This document shows, one piece after another, positions 8,883-18,556 of a DNA stretch of 51,207 nucleotides (the stretch's first letter is position 1; each line of letters opens with the position of its first letter). The translations under genes were made by a program, and so were the position numbers. The notes under the pieces are model-generated. The model had not been told where the DNA came from, searched no databases, and saw nothing but the letters and a program-made list of their open reading frames with translations. Source of the stretch: Candidatus Magasanikbacteria bacterium RIFOXYB2_FULL_38_10 (GTDB lineage: Bacteria > Patescibacteriota > Patescibacteriia > Magasanikbacterales > UBA10003); the NCBI GenBank assembly GCA_001783145.1, contig MFQT01000009.1, forward strand, positions 1 through 51,207. Direction: 5' to 3'.

Positions 8883-9800
8883 ATGCTTGATCTAGCTATT
8901 TTAGGAGGATCCATTGCCGGCATCACCGCCGCCATTTACGGAAAAAGAAGAAATCTTATTTTAAAAGTTATTGCTCCGGAAGTGGGTGGGGAATTAGCCA
9001 CCACCACAGATATAGAAAATTGGCCGGGAGAAAATAAAATTAGCGGTTTTGATTTTAGCAATAAATTATACGAACAACTAAAATATAATAAAGTTGAATT
9101 TGATTTGGGTTCTGCCGTCACCAAAATAGAAAAAATTAAAGATGGTTTTTCTTTAACACTAAAAAACTTGGCCGGAGAAGAAAAAAAAGAAGAAACCCGC
9201 GCTATTTTGATAGCCACAGGCGCCAAACCCCGGCATCTAAACATAGATGGTGAAAAAGATTTCTTCCATAAAGGTGTCACCTACTGTGCCACTTGCGATG
9301 CGCCTCTTTTTAAAAATAAAATTACAGCTGTAATTGGCGGGGGCAACAGCGCTCTAACTTCTGCTTTGATGCTCTCGGAAATTGCCAGTGTTGTTTATCT
9401 TTTAAATGTTCATCCGGAATTTCGTGGCGAAACCATCTTGATTGATAAAGTAAAAAATAATCCCAACATAAAAATTCTTACGGAAATAAAAATGCAAAAA
9501 ATTACCGGTGAAAAAATGGTGCAAGCCCTAGAATACGCGGACAAAACCGGTATCACTCAAACTTTGCCAGTGCAAGGAATTTTTGTAAATATTGGCATGC
9601 AGGCCAATGCGGATTTTATAGATTTGGTGGAAAAAAATAAATACGGAGAAATTATAACGGATCGCACCGGCCGCACCAACGTCCAGGGAATTTTTGCCGC
9701 CGGAGATGTCACCGACGTCCCTTACAAACAAATTGTTATTGCCGCTGGTATGGGTTGTTCTGCCACCCTTGCAGCCATTGATTATTTAAACCAAAAATAA
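8883..9800 (+). CDS. trxB: Thioredoxin-disulfide reductase
   Basis: 305 aa. Redox CxxC in CATCDAPLF, an FAD-binding GGSIAGITAA motif, an NADPH-binding GGGNSAL motif, and a C-terminal GDV motif. Confidence 0.9.
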   Translation: MLDLAILGGSIAGITAAIYGKRRNLILKVIAPEVGGELATTTDIENWPGENKISGFDFSNKLYEQLKYNKVEFDLGSAVTKIEKIKDGFSLTLKNLAGEEKKEETRAILIATGAKPRHLNIDGEKDFFHKGVTYCATCDAPLFKNKITAVIGGGNSALTSALMLSEIASVVYLLNVHPEFRGETILIDKVKNNPNIKILTEIKMQKITGEKMVQALEYADKTGITQTLPVQGIFVNIGMQANADFIDLVEKNKYGEIITDRTGRTNVQGIFAAGDVTDVPYKQIVIAAGMGCSATLAAIDYLNQK

Positions 9801-9801
9801 T

Positions 9802-10767
9802 ATGCATGACATAATTTCTATTGGGGATTGCACCCTGGATAATTTATTGCAGATTCATGACGCGGAGGTAAATTGCTCTTTGCATTCCGACCGTTGCATG
9901 ATTTGTGTTAATTTTGCAGATAAAATTCCCATTGACAAACTGCACCGCAAAGTAGCCGGCAATGCGGCCAATAATGCCGTCGGATCCTCACGCTTAGGTC
10001 TAAAAACTGCTTTTTATACAATTTTAGGAAACGATGGCACGGGAGAATTTATTTGGGAACGTTTAGAAAAAGAAAAGGTGGAAATGGAATATGCCATTTT
10101 GGACAAACGCAAAGAAACTAACTCTTCTTTTGTAATTAATTATAAGGGAGAAAGGACGATTTTTGTTTATCATGCACCTCGCATTTATTCTTTGCCCAAA
10201 CTTAAACCGACAGAATGGATCTATTACACCTCACTTGGCCCCAATCATCAAAAACTCAATCAACAAATTGTTAATTTTGTTAAAAAAAATAAAACCAAAC
10301 TAGGATACAATCCGGGGACATTTCAGTTGCGCGGCGGATTCAAACAAATGGAAGAAATTTTAAAAATTACACAAGTAATTTTTATCAACAAAGAAGAAGC
10401 GGCCACTATTGTAGGAGCCCAGCATGATATTAGACATTATCTTTTAGCTGTCCATAAAACCGGACCTAAAATTGTAGTGATTACCGATGGCACAAATGGA
10501 TCTTTCTGCTTTGACGGGGAAAAATTTTGGCAAATGGACATTTTAAATACCCCTGTTATAGAACGCACCGGCGCCGGCGATTCCTATGCCACGGCTTTTA
10601 TTGCGGCTTTGCATTATAAAAAATCTATTGCTGAAGCTATGTGTTGGGGTACCTGCAATTCATCTTCCGTCATTATGAAATACGGACCGCAAGACGGTCT
10701 TTTGACCAAAGTGCAAATGATTGCTTTTCATAAAAAATATAAACACATCTGTCCGGTTAATTTTTAA
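9802..10767 (+). CDS. PfkB-family carbohydrate/sugar-phosphate kinase
   Basis: 321 aa. Ribokinase-superfamily signature TGAGDSYATAF near the C-terminus. The substrate cannot be called from sequence alone. Confidence 0.8.
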   Translation: MHDIISIGDCTLDNLLQIHDAEVNCSLHSDRCMICVNFADKIPIDKLHRKVAGNAANNAVGSSRLGLKTAFYTILGNDGTGEFIWERLEKEKVEMEYAILDKRKETNSSFVINYKGERTIFVYHAPRIYSLPKLKPTEWIYYTSLGPNHQKLNQQIVNFVKKNKTKLGYNPGTFQLRGGFKQMEEILKITQVIFINKEEAATIVGAQHDIRHYLLAVHKTGPKIVVITDGTNGSFCFDGEKFWQMDILNTPVIERTGAGDSYATAFIAALHYKKSIAEAMCWGTCNSSSVIMKYGPQDGLLTKVQMIAFHKKYKHICPVNF

Positions 10768-10772
10768 ATCTT

Positions 10773-11696
10773 ATGCTTGTTAATCTCAACAAAGTTTTAA
10801 TTCCTGCCAGAAAAAATGGTTATGCCTTACCGGCTTTTAATTTTAATAATTTGGAATTTTTACAAGCCTTAACAGAAGCGGCGGGGGAAACCAAATCCCC
10901 CATCATTCTGCAAACCAGCGAAGGAGCAATTGATTATATGGGGCTAGAATATATTGAGGCTATGGTTGATGCCGCGGCCAAAAAAACCAAAATACCCTTA
11001 GTGTTACATTTAGATCATGGCAAAGATTTAAAATTGATTAAAAAAATTATCACCTCCGGCTTTTACACTTCTGTAATGTTTGATGGTTCAGCTTTGTCTT
11101 ATGAAGAAAATATTGCCCAAACCAAACAAGTGGTGAAATGGGCACACGCCAAAAAAATGAGCGTGGAAGCAGAGCTGGGTATTCTGAAAGGAATAGAAGA
11201 TAAGGTTTCAGCCGCGGCTAATATTTTTACCAATCCCTTACAGGCCGCAGATTTTGTTAAAAAAACCGGCTGTGACGCTTTGGCTGTAGCCATTGGCACT
11301 TCACATGGAGCCTATAAATTTAGTGGAACGGGCAAATTGGATTTAGCCAGACTTAAAGAAATTGCCAAACTTGTAAAAATTCCCTTAGTCTTGCATGGTG
11401 CCAGCGGCGTGCCCCAAAAGTTATTAAACTTAATTAAATTTAAATGTGACAAAATCGGCGACTGCGAAAGACTGGGCGGCGCCAAAGGAGTGCCGGATGC
11501 GGAAATTTTGGGTGCCATTAAATTGGGCGTGGCCAAAATCAACATTGATACTGATTTACGCGTAGCTTTTACCGCCGGTGTGCGCAATACCCTACTGCAG
11601 GATTTAAAAGTTTTTGATCCGCGAAAATATTTGGGAGCAGGCAAAGAAAAAGTAAAAAAAACAGCTTTAGACAAAATTAAACTTTTTAAATCTTAA
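10773..11696 (+). CDS. fba: Class II fructose-1,6-bisphosphate aldolase
   Basis: 307 aa. LHLDHG, GTSHGAYKF and LVLHGASGVP motifs. Confidence 0.92.
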   Translation: MLVNLNKVLIPARKNGYALPAFNFNNLEFLQALTEAAGETKSPIILQTSEGAIDYMGLEYIEAMVDAAAKKTKIPLVLHLDHGKDLKLIKKIITSGFYTSVMFDGSALSYEENIAQTKQVVKWAHAKKMSVEAELGILKGIEDKVSAAANIFTNPLQAADFVKKTGCDALAVAIGTSHGAYKFSGTGKLDLARLKEIAKLVKIPLVLHGASGVPQKLLNLIKFKCDKIGDCERLGGAKGVPDAEILGAIKLGVAKINIDTDLRVAFTAGVRNTLLQDLKVFDPRKYLGAGKEKVKKTALDKIKLFKS

Positions 11697-11700
11697 ATTT

Positions 11701-12684
11701 ATGCCCGCTAAAAAAATGCTTGAGAAAAAAAATGAAAAAGAAATCCCGGCGCCACTAATAGAAACTACCCGGGTAGTGATAGTGGGCGCCGGTTTTGTTG
11801 GCTCCACGGCTGCCTATACCTTGATGATACAAGGCATAGCTTCAGAAATTGTTCTAGTTGATGTTAACAAAGACAAATGCCTTGGTGAGGCCATGGACTT
11901 GGGGCATGGTCTTTCTTTTGTTAAACAATCCCGGATTTGGGCCGGTGATTATTCCGATTGTAAAGATGCCGATGTAGTGGTTATTACAGCGGGACTGGGA
12001 CAAAAAGTTGGACAAACCAGATTAGACTTGGCCGCTATCAATGCCAAAATTATTGGTGGAATCATAGAACAAGTACGCCATTATACAGACAAGGCCGTAA
12101 TTTTAATGGTAACAAATCCACTAGATGTGATGACCTATGTAGCTTTAAAAAAATCCGGCCTACCTAATTATCAAGTCTTTGGCACCGGTACCACTTTAGA
12201 TTCTTCCCGCTTTCGTTATTTATTGGCCCAAGAATTTGGTGTAGCGCCAGATTCCATGGCCGCCTATTTAATTGGCGAACATGGCGATTCCGAGGTTCCA
12301 ATAATTTCCCACGCTAATTTAATGGGTGAAAATATTACCAGTTTTAAAGAATACGATCCCCAATTAGTAGAGGATTCTTACAACCACACCAAAAATGCCG
12401 CTTATGAGATTATTTGTAAAAAAGGCGCCACTTATTATGCAATTGCCTTAGCTATCTCTAGAATTGTCCGCGCTATTTTGTATGATGAAAATCATGTCTT
12501 CCCCTTGTCCTCTCTTTTAACAGGGCAATATGGATTAAAAGATATTTGTTTATCCCTGCCTTCTGTAGTGGGAAGAACCGGCATCAAAAGAGTGCTGGAA
12601 GTAAAATTAAATGATGAAGAATTGCAAAAACTGCGTCAATCTGCCAAAGTCATTAGCGAAACGATCAAGAGTATAAAAATTTAG
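11701..12684 (+). CDS. ldh: L-lactate dehydrogenase
   Basis: 327 aa. NAD-binding VIVGAGFVGS, VITAG, GEHGDSEVP, and a catalytic-loop-like GQTRLDL. Confidence 0.9.
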   Translation: MPAKKMLEKKNEKEIPAPLIETTRVVIVGAGFVGSTAAYTLMIQGIASEIVLVDVNKDKCLGEAMDLGHGLSFVKQSRIWAGDYSDCKDADVVVITAGLGQKVGQTRLDLAAINAKIIGGIIEQVRHYTDKAVILMVTNPLDVMTYVALKKSGLPNYQVFGTGTTLDSSRFRYLLAQEFGVAPDSMAAYLIGEHGDSEVPIISHANLMGENITSFKEYDPQLVEDSYNHTKNAAYEIICKKGATYYAIALAISRIVRAILYDENHVFPLSSLLTGQYGLKDICLSLPSVVGRTGIKRVLEVKLNDEELQKLRQSAKVISETIKSIKI

Positions 12685-12696
12685 AAACTACAAAAA

Positions 12697-12726
12697 TAAA
12701 ATCCGCTATAACAGCGGATTTTATTT
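12697..12726. terminator. Bidirectional intrinsic terminator between convergent ldh and trpS
   Basis: AAAA-ATCCGCT-ataac-AGCGGAT-TTTT. Confidence 0.7.
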
Positions 12727-13694
12727 TAATTCTTCACTCCAATTTTCTCTCTAACTCTTTTCATCATTGCTTGAGCTTCATTTCTTGCTTTGCCAGCGCC
12801 TTGCACCAAAATTTCTTTAACCATTTTTTCATTAGCATCTAAAGCTAATTTTTTTTCTCTAAGCGGTTGCAGGAAATTATTTATCCTCTCTCCTAACAAT
12901 TCTTTAGATTCTTTATAAGAAATTTGACCTTCTTTATAAGCCCTTTCTAACTCTTTTAATTCATCTGGAGTGGCAAATAATTTATGTAAAGAAAAAATAT
13001 TATCCGTTTTAGTATCCTTGGGCTCACTAGCACCTTTGCTATCTGTTTTGATAGTCATTACTTTTTTCAAGACATCTTTTTCACTATCAAATAATCCAAT
13101 AGTATTTTTATAACTCTTACTCATTTTTCTGCCATCTAATCCTGGCACTGTGGCCGATCCTTCCAAAATTCTTTCTTGAGGTACTTTAAAAATTTCTCCA
13201 AAAACCTTATTAAATTTTTTAGCCATATCCTGTGCCACCTCTAAATGCTGTTTCTGATCTGCTCCTACTGGCACCACATCGGAATTGTACATCAAAATAT
13301 CCGCCGCCATTAGTACCGGATAATCAAACAAACCCATATTGACCGGCAATTTTTTAGCCATTGCATCTTTATAGGCATGAGCACGTTGCAATTCCGCAAT
13401 CGGCGTTAAACAATTAAAAATCCAAGCAAGCTCCGTTACTTCTGGCACATCGGATTGTTTAAATAAAGTCACTTTATCCGGATTTAACCCAATCGCCAGA
13501 TAGGCTTTGGCAATTTCTAAAATATTTTTGGATAACTCTTTCGCATTCTGCAATTGATTCAAAGCATGATAATCAGCAATGAAGATAAAACTGTCAAATT
13601 CATTCTGCAAATCCAAAAACTGACGCATGGCGCCAAAATAATTGCCAAGATGAATGTCTCCCGTCGGTTTAATGCCTGATAATAATCTTTGCAT
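12726..13694 (-). CDS. trpS: Tryptophanyl-tRNA synthetase
   Basis: 322 aa. SGIKPTGDIHLGNY (HIGH-type) and KMSKS motifs; the size is typical of TrpRS. Confidence 0.95.
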   Translation of the reverse strand: MQRLLSGIKPTGDIHLGNYFGAMRQFLDLQNEFDSFIFIADYHALNQLQNAKELSKNILEIAKAYLAIGLNPDKVTLFKQSDVPEVTELAWIFNCLTPIAELQRAHAYKDAMAKKLPVNMGLFDYPVLMAADILMYNSDVVPVGADQKQHLEVAQDMAKKFNKVFGEIFKVPQERILEGSATVPGLDGRKMSKSYKNTIGLFDSEKDVLKKVMTIKTDSKGASEPKDTKTDNIFSLHKLFATPDELKELERAYKEGQISYKESKELLGERINNFLQPLREKKLALDANEKMVKEILVQGAGKARNEAQAMMKRVREKIGVKN

Positions 13695-13706
13695 AAAATT
13701 TTGAAT

Positions 13707-13778
13707 GAGCGGGTAGCGGGAATCGAACCCGCATCTTCAGCTTGGAAAGCTGTAATAATAGCCATTATACTATACCCG
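13707..13778 (-). tRNA. tRNA-Gly(UCC)
   Basis: Hand-folded 72-nt cloverleaf: acceptor GCGGGTA/TACCCGC, anticodon loop UUUCCAA, T arm GCGGG-TTCGATT-CCCGC, discriminator U. CCA is not encoded. Confidence 0.9.
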
Positions 13779-13926
13779 CGAAGTGAGCAGAAAGCAGACA
13801 AACTTGTTTGTCTATTTTCTGCGAACGAGCGGATATACGGAGTATACCCGCGAAATGAGGAATAAGGCGGCCAAGCAAGCTTGGATATCTTTTCCGAACG
13901 AGTGGGTATACGAAAATATACCCGCG
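13771..13926 (-). repeat. Tandem 72/74-nt repeats that reuse the tRNA-Gly 5' end (acceptor-stem mimic plus a variable hairpin)
   Basis: ATACCCGCGA occurs at 13771, 13843 and 13917. Both units share the ends ATACCCGCGAA-TGAG and CGAACGAG-GG-TATACG. Their centres differ in sequence but each is a hairpin. Confidence 0.7.
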
Positions 13927-13952
13927 ACGCCTAACATTATAACAAACTCTTT

Positions 13953-16475
13953 TTAAAAAGCAAGGCACAGTTTCCTTTTGACCATTCGTAAAATACGTAA
14001 AGAAAAAGCCACGGCCATAGAAACACTAACAATTAAACCCAGTTCAAACCAAGATAATTCCACCAAATGAAAAATTTTTCTCAAAATTGGCACTTCCACA
14101 ATCAAGAATACCAAGGCAAAAGTTAATAAAACAATCCCTAACAACAATTTATTGGTTTTAACCTGATGTGGCTCGCGGCTAAAAATTATTAAAAATATTT
14201 GCGATAAAACCAAAGAAGTAAAAGCGGCGGTTCGGCCCAACTCCATGTCCCCCATTACTAGAGCAAAATAGTAATAAAATCCAAAAGAAACAGCCAAAAT
14301 GGAAATCCCTTGAATAAAAACTATGGCCCACAAGTGGGGATTAATAAGCGGCTCTTGGGAGGATCTTGGCGGCTGATGCATTAAATTGCGGCGCGGCGAT
14401 TCTCTTTCAAACCCCAAAACCGCGGCGGGATCGCAAATCAATTCTAAAAAAATAATATGAATGGGTAAAAAAACCAAAGATTGGCCCAGCATCAAAGGTA
14501 AAAAAGCCAAACCCACAATAGGCAGATGAAAAGAAAATAAAAAAACAAAAGCCTGGCGCAAATTATCATAAACACGCCGCCCTTCTTTAATTGCATTAAC
14601 AATTGTCGCAAAATTATCATCCATTAAAACAATACCGGAAGCCGCCCGCGCCACTTCTGTGCCTTTTAACCCCATGGCAATACCAATATTAGCTTGACGC
14701 AAAGCCGGAGCATCGTTAACCCCATCACCGGTCATCGCCACTATCTCACCTTGTTTTTGTAAAGCTTCTACAATCAGATATTTTTGTTCAGGATGAACCC
14801 GAGTAAAAATGTCGTGGCGTTTTACCGCTTCCCGAAGGGCAAATGGCGACATTTTTTCTAAATCTTCTCCGTTGATAATTTCTTCACTGTGCTTTAAGCC
14901 AATTGATTCGGCAATATTATGAGCGGTTAATTTATTATCACCGGTTATCATAATAATGCGAATGCCGGCTTTTTGGCAGATATCTACGGCCTCTTTAACA
15001 CCTTCACGCGGCGGATCGCTCATTCCCAAAAGACCAATAAAATCTAAGTCTTTAATAATTATTTTCTCTTGCTCGGAGCAAGATCTTTTAGCAATAGCTA
15101 CCACGCGACAACCGGCCGCGGCCATTTCTAAATAGGCTTTTTCAATTTTTTGTTTTTCTGTTTCAGATAATTTACTGTAAGCAATAACAGATTCCGGCGC
15201 TCCGGCAGTATATTGATAGCACTCTTCATCCGGTTCCTGCCACATATGATGAACCATTTTAGTTTTAGATTCAAAAGAACTGTCTTGTAATAATTTTCTT
15301 TCTCTAAAAAAAGAATGGGTATCAATGCCGATTTTTTTGGCAAAATTTTGCACCTCTACTTCTATGGGGTCAATGGCCACTTGTTCCAATGCCAAAAGAG
15401 AGGGCACAATAATCTCTTTTAAATTCAACGGATGCAGATGGCCTTTCTTTGTTTCAACTAATTCTCCGTCGTAATAAATAAAATCTAAAGCCATGGTACC
15501 TTGAGTTAGAGTACCGGTTTTATCAGTGCAAATCACAGTAGCCGAACCCAAGGTCTCCACCATGGCCATTTCCCTAATTAAGGCTTTTTGACGCGTCATG
15601 CGCCATACGCCCATAATCAAAAATACGCTAAAAACAATGGGAAATTCTTCCGGAATTAAAGACATGGCAATTGTTAAGCCGCCTAAAACACCACTAGTCC
15701 AGCCCTGTTTTAAAGCCAAAATTAAGCCGATCAGTAAAGCGGAAAAAGCCGCAAAAATCGCCACCACTCGCACCAAACGATAAATTTTCATCTGCAAAGG
15801 AGTTTTTTGACTGATAATTTTCTCCATCAAACTGCCGATTTTGCCATAAGCGGTATTGACCCCTGTGGCTAAAGTTAAAAAATAAGCCTCACCTTGTACC
15901 ACCAAAGTCCCCTGCCATAATTTATTTTCATCTTTTACCTGTTTTAAACCATCGGACAAAACCGATTTAACAACCGAAATTGATTCTCCTGTCAGAATGG
16001 ATTCATCAAGGGAAACTCCGGGAGAACTTAAAATAATGCCATCAGCCGGCACACGATCACCTGCCGTTAAATAAACTAAATCGCCCGGCACGATATATTT
16101 AATTTCCATCTTTTTTAAAAATCCGTCTCTATAAACTTCCGCGTATTGCACCATCATTTTATCAAGCGCCCCAATGGCCTCATCAGTTTTCTGCTCTTGA
16201 AAAAATTCCATCAAACCAATAGGAATGACAGTCAAAAGCAAAATAGACGTTTCCAGTTTATCGCCTAAGAAAAAATAAACCGCGGCTGTTGCCAAAAGCA
16301 AAAGCATCATGGGTTCACCCATAATTTTTACCAATCTGTTTATCCAATTTTTTTTCTTAACTGCCGGTCGGGAATTTAAACCATATTCAATTAAAAAACC
16401 CTCTGCTTCTTTAGAAGTCAGACCTTTAAAGGTATTGCGCTCGGCTATTATTTTTTCTAAATTTAAATTGTCCAT
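13953..16475 (-). CDS. Cation-transporting P-type ATPase (P2/Ca2+-type by motifs)
   Basis: 840 aa. DKTGTLT phosphorylation site, TGDN, GDGVNDAPAL, and the IPEEFP ion-site helix. The ion specificity is inferred only. Confidence 0.85.
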   Translation of the reverse strand: MDNLNLEKIIAERNTFKGLTSKEAEGFLIEYGLNSRPAVKKKNWINRLVKIMGEPMMLLLLATAAVYFFLGDKLETSILLLTVIPIGLMEFFQEQKTDEAIGALDKMMVQYAEVYRDGFLKKMEIKYIVPGDLVYLTAGDRVPADGIILSSPGVSLDESILTGESISVVKSVLSDGLKQVKDENKLWQGTLVVQGEAYFLTLATGVNTAYGKIGSLMEKIISQKTPLQMKIYRLVRVVAIFAAFSALLIGLILALKQGWTSGVLGGLTIAMSLIPEEFPIVFSVFLIMGVWRMTRQKALIREMAMVETLGSATVICTDKTGTLTQGTMALDFIYYDGELVETKKGHLHPLNLKEIIVPSLLALEQVAIDPIEVEVQNFAKKIGIDTHSFFRERKLLQDSSFESKTKMVHHMWQEPDEECYQYTAGAPESVIAYSKLSETEKQKIEKAYLEMAAAGCRVVAIAKRSCSEQEKIIIKDLDFIGLLGMSDPPREGVKEAVDICQKAGIRIIMITGDNKLTAHNIAESIGLKHSEEIINGEDLEKMSPFALREAVKRHDIFTRVHPEQKYLIVEALQKQGEIVAMTGDGVNDAPALRQANIGIAMGLKGTEVARAASGIVLMDDNFATIVNAIKEGRRVYDNLRQAFVFLFSFHLPIVGLAFLPLMLGQSLVFLPIHIIFLELICDPAAVLGFERESPRRNLMHQPPRSSQEPLINPHLWAIVFIQGISILAVSFGFYYYFALVMGDMELGRTAAFTSLVLSQIFLIIFSREPHQVKTNKLLLGIVLLTFALVFLIVEVPILRKIFHLVELSWFELGLIVSVSMAVAFSLRILRMVKRKLCLAF

Positions 16476-16478
16476 AAA

Positions 16479-17024
16479 TTAACTTTTAACAAAACATTCC
16501 CGGCAAACAGGTTTGTAATTATAAGTGCCATCATCCGGCACAACAGGAGGCAGGCCTGCCACCACCGGATCTTCATTTTTAAAAATTTGCGTGTAGACCC
16601 CGTTATAATGCAAACATTTTTCACAGACCGAACGTTTGTATATGATTTCCTTGGGCCCAAGTTCAATCAAACGGGAGACAGTATCAAATAATTTTCCTTT
16701 ATAATCCATATCTAATCCGGAAACAATGACCTGAACTTGTTTTTTTAAAAGAATTTCCACGGCTTCAATATCTTCCGGCAAAAACATGTGCACTTCATCA
16801 ATTCCCACTATTTCCAAATCATGATCCAAAATTTCTTTTAAATTTTTTATTTTCTGCCCAAAAAGCACCGCTCCGGCCCGAGATTCCACCTCGTTATCGC
16901 GCACGTTTCTAACGGGCTGAAATAAAGCAAACTTGACTGGCATAAATTTTAAAGGAGAAATGCGACTAATCAACTCCAAAGTTTTACCGCTTTTCATTGG
17001 CCCTAAAATTAAAGTTAAATTCAT
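16479..17024 (-). CDS. tdk: Thymidine kinase
   Basis: P-loop GPMKSGKT and C-terminal zinc cysteines (CEKC...CREC). The ORF extends to 17084, but the MNLTLILGPMKSGKT start at 17024 gives the usual Tdk N-terminus. Confidence 0.88.
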   Translation of the reverse strand: MNLTLILGPMKSGKTLELISRISPLKFMPVKFALFQPVRNVRDNEVESRAGAVLFGQKIKNLKEILDHDLEIVGIDEVHMFLPEDIEAVEILLKKQVQVIVSGLDMDYKGKLFDTVSRLIELGPKEIIYKRSVCEKCLHYNGVYTQIFKNEDPVVAGLPPVVPDDGTYNYKPVCRECFVKS

Positions 17025-17084
17025 ATGGTTAGCATGGGAGTAATATGAGTAAATTGTACCTAAAATGTTCCCCTTTAGCAACAT

Positions 17085-17116
17085 TTTAAAACCGCCCCAA
17101 CCAATGTTGGAGCGGC
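17085..17116 (-). terminator. Intrinsic terminator after the receiver gene
   Basis: Minus strand reads CCGCTCCAAC-att-GGTTGGGGCGG (10 bp, one G.U) followed by TTTTAAAAT. Confidence 0.6.
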
Positions 17117-17120
17117 CTCT

Positions 17121-17510
17121 TTATTTTTTAAAATGTTCTTTAATTTCTCCTATAATTTTTTCCAAAGAACTATCCGATTTAGTAAAATATTTAATCACTC
17201 CCAAATCCAAATATTGTTTTTTCTTTTCTGGATCTTCACTGTTGGAAACCACAAAAATGGGAATATTTTTAAATTTTTCTTCTTGTTTTAACTTTTGAGT
17301 CAATTTTATCCCGTCGTCGCCTAACAAATAATGATCCAACCAAATCAAGTCAACAATTCCAACATCTTTTAAATATTGCAGGGCTTGATCGGCAATTCTT
17401 GATTTTACCACTTTAAAACCGGATTGTTCCAAGGAAATACTAACAGCCTCAAGCAAAGGCTTTTCGTCTTCAATAACTAAAATTGTCAGTTTATTTATTT
17501 GATTTTCCAT
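17121..17510 (-). CDS. Stand-alone response-regulator receiver domain (CheY-like)
   Basis: 129 aa. LVIEDEKPL acidic pocket, DLIWLDHYL phospho-acceptor Asp region, and a conserved Lys region. There is no output domain and no kinase in the window. Confidence 0.85.
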   Translation of the reverse strand: MENQINKLTILVIEDEKPLLEAVSISLEQSGFKVVKSRIADQALQYLKDVGIVDLIWLDHYLLGDDGIKLTQKLKQEEKFKNIPIFVVSNSEDPEKKKQYLDLGVIKYFTKSDSSLEKIIGEIKEHFKK

Positions 17511-17511
17511 A

Positions 17512-18555
17512 TTATTTAATTGAATATTTTTGAATTAAGGAATCTAATTTATTAAAAATCTGCCTATTGTCGCTTCTTTTATATTTTAGCAGATTTCTGT
17601 CATAAAAAGGAAGATCAAACAAAAATGATTCTATTCCTTCTCTGGTGATTTCTTTTAAAAATTTTCCATAACCGAGTTTTTCCAAATAATAAGCATTCAA
17701 AATTTGTTCAAACTGATGCTTAACCGGAATAGCCAAATAGGGTTTGCCCAAATACAGAGCTTCGGAAATAAGCGAAAGTCCGGCCGTGGCAATTACCGCT
17801 TGGCAATGAGTTAAGTCTTCCAAAAATTCTTTTTGGCTTGGTTTTTTAAAAGTTATGTTTTTTATTTTTTTATTGCTGGAAATGCCATAGACTACAAATT
17901 GCTTGCCAATTTTTTCCAGAACATCAACTAAATCGGAAAAATTGGAATTAACATAAATCAAAACAAAATTGCCTTGGCTGGGCCTGGCCTCCAACACCTC
18001 TTGTCTTAAAATTGGCGGAAACAAATAAGTTCTGGCGTGAGTAATCGGCGTATTAAAAAAAGATGTAACTAAATAAGCTTTAGTTCTATAAACCATCAAA
18101 CGCGAGACGGTTTTGGCTAAAACAGCCTCTTCCAAATACTCACGCGGATAAGAAAATCTTGTATTAGTCAGCTGGTGTTGATTATCAACGGAGATAAGGG
18201 AAATATTTTTTAAATGAGCTATTAAAGCCGTCAAAGGTTCAAAATCAGAAATAATTATTTGAGGCGCAAATTCTTCTATCAAATTTTTAATTTTCTGAAA
18301 ACTTCTTTGCAAGCCCGGCAGTTTAAGTAAATTGGCAAACAAAGTCTCCACATAATGCAACTGATTGTGTTTATAAGTCATTCTTAAACCGGAAATTTTT
18401 AAGACATCAAAATAAGGAGAAAGATTTTCATAACCCTTATCATGAGAAACAACCTTTACCTGATGGCCTTGGCCGAGAAGATGTTCTATCAAAATTTTAG
18501 AACGCGAAGCGTGACCTGACCCTTCACCGGCTACGCCATAAATTATTTTAGCCAT
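17512..18555 (-). CDS. Glycosyltransferase (GT-B fold, MGT/MJ1255-like family)
   Basis: 347 aa. The N-terminal GEGSGHASRS loop and C-terminal nucleotide-sugar-binding half resemble this family. The family call is from memory. Confidence 0.7.
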   Translation of the reverse strand: MAKIIYGVAGEGSGHASRSKILIEHLLGQGHQVKVVSHDKGYENLSPYFDVLKISGLRMTYKHNQLHYVETLFANLLKLPGLQRSFQKIKNLIEEFAPQIIISDFEPLTALIAHLKNISLISVDNQHQLTNTRFSYPREYLEEAVLAKTVSRLMVYRTKAYLVTSFFNTPITHARTYLFPPILRQEVLEARPSQGNFVLIYVNSNFSDLVDVLEKIGKQFVVYGISSNKKIKNITFKKPSQKEFLEDLTHCQAVIATAGLSLISEALYLGKPYLAIPVKHQFEQILNAYYLEKLGYGKFLKEITREGIESFLFDLPFYDRNLLKYKRSDNRQIFNKLDSLIQKYSIK

Positions 18556-18556
18556 A

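Noticed and set aside
13771-13926. Possible mini CRISPR array (10-nt word repeated at a 72-74-nt period)
   Set aside because: There are only three copies of a very short repeat. The intervening segments are homologous to each other rather than unique spacers. The repeat is the tRNA-Gly 5' end, and no cas genes are present.
13559-13968. Minus-strand ORFs 13559-13801 and 13765-13968
   Set aside because: They read through tRNA-Gly, the trpS start and the tandem repeats, so they are artefacts of the ORF finder.
16479-17084. Longer ORF-track starts for tdk (17084), znuA (26080), znuB (27848, TTG), rpoB (49700, TTG) and the PH-domain protein (36143)
   Set aside because: Internal ATGs give canonical N-termini (P-loop position, signal peptide, rpoB PNLI block). 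They also remove overlaps with upstream genes, promoters or leader hairpins. The tdk case is the least certain.
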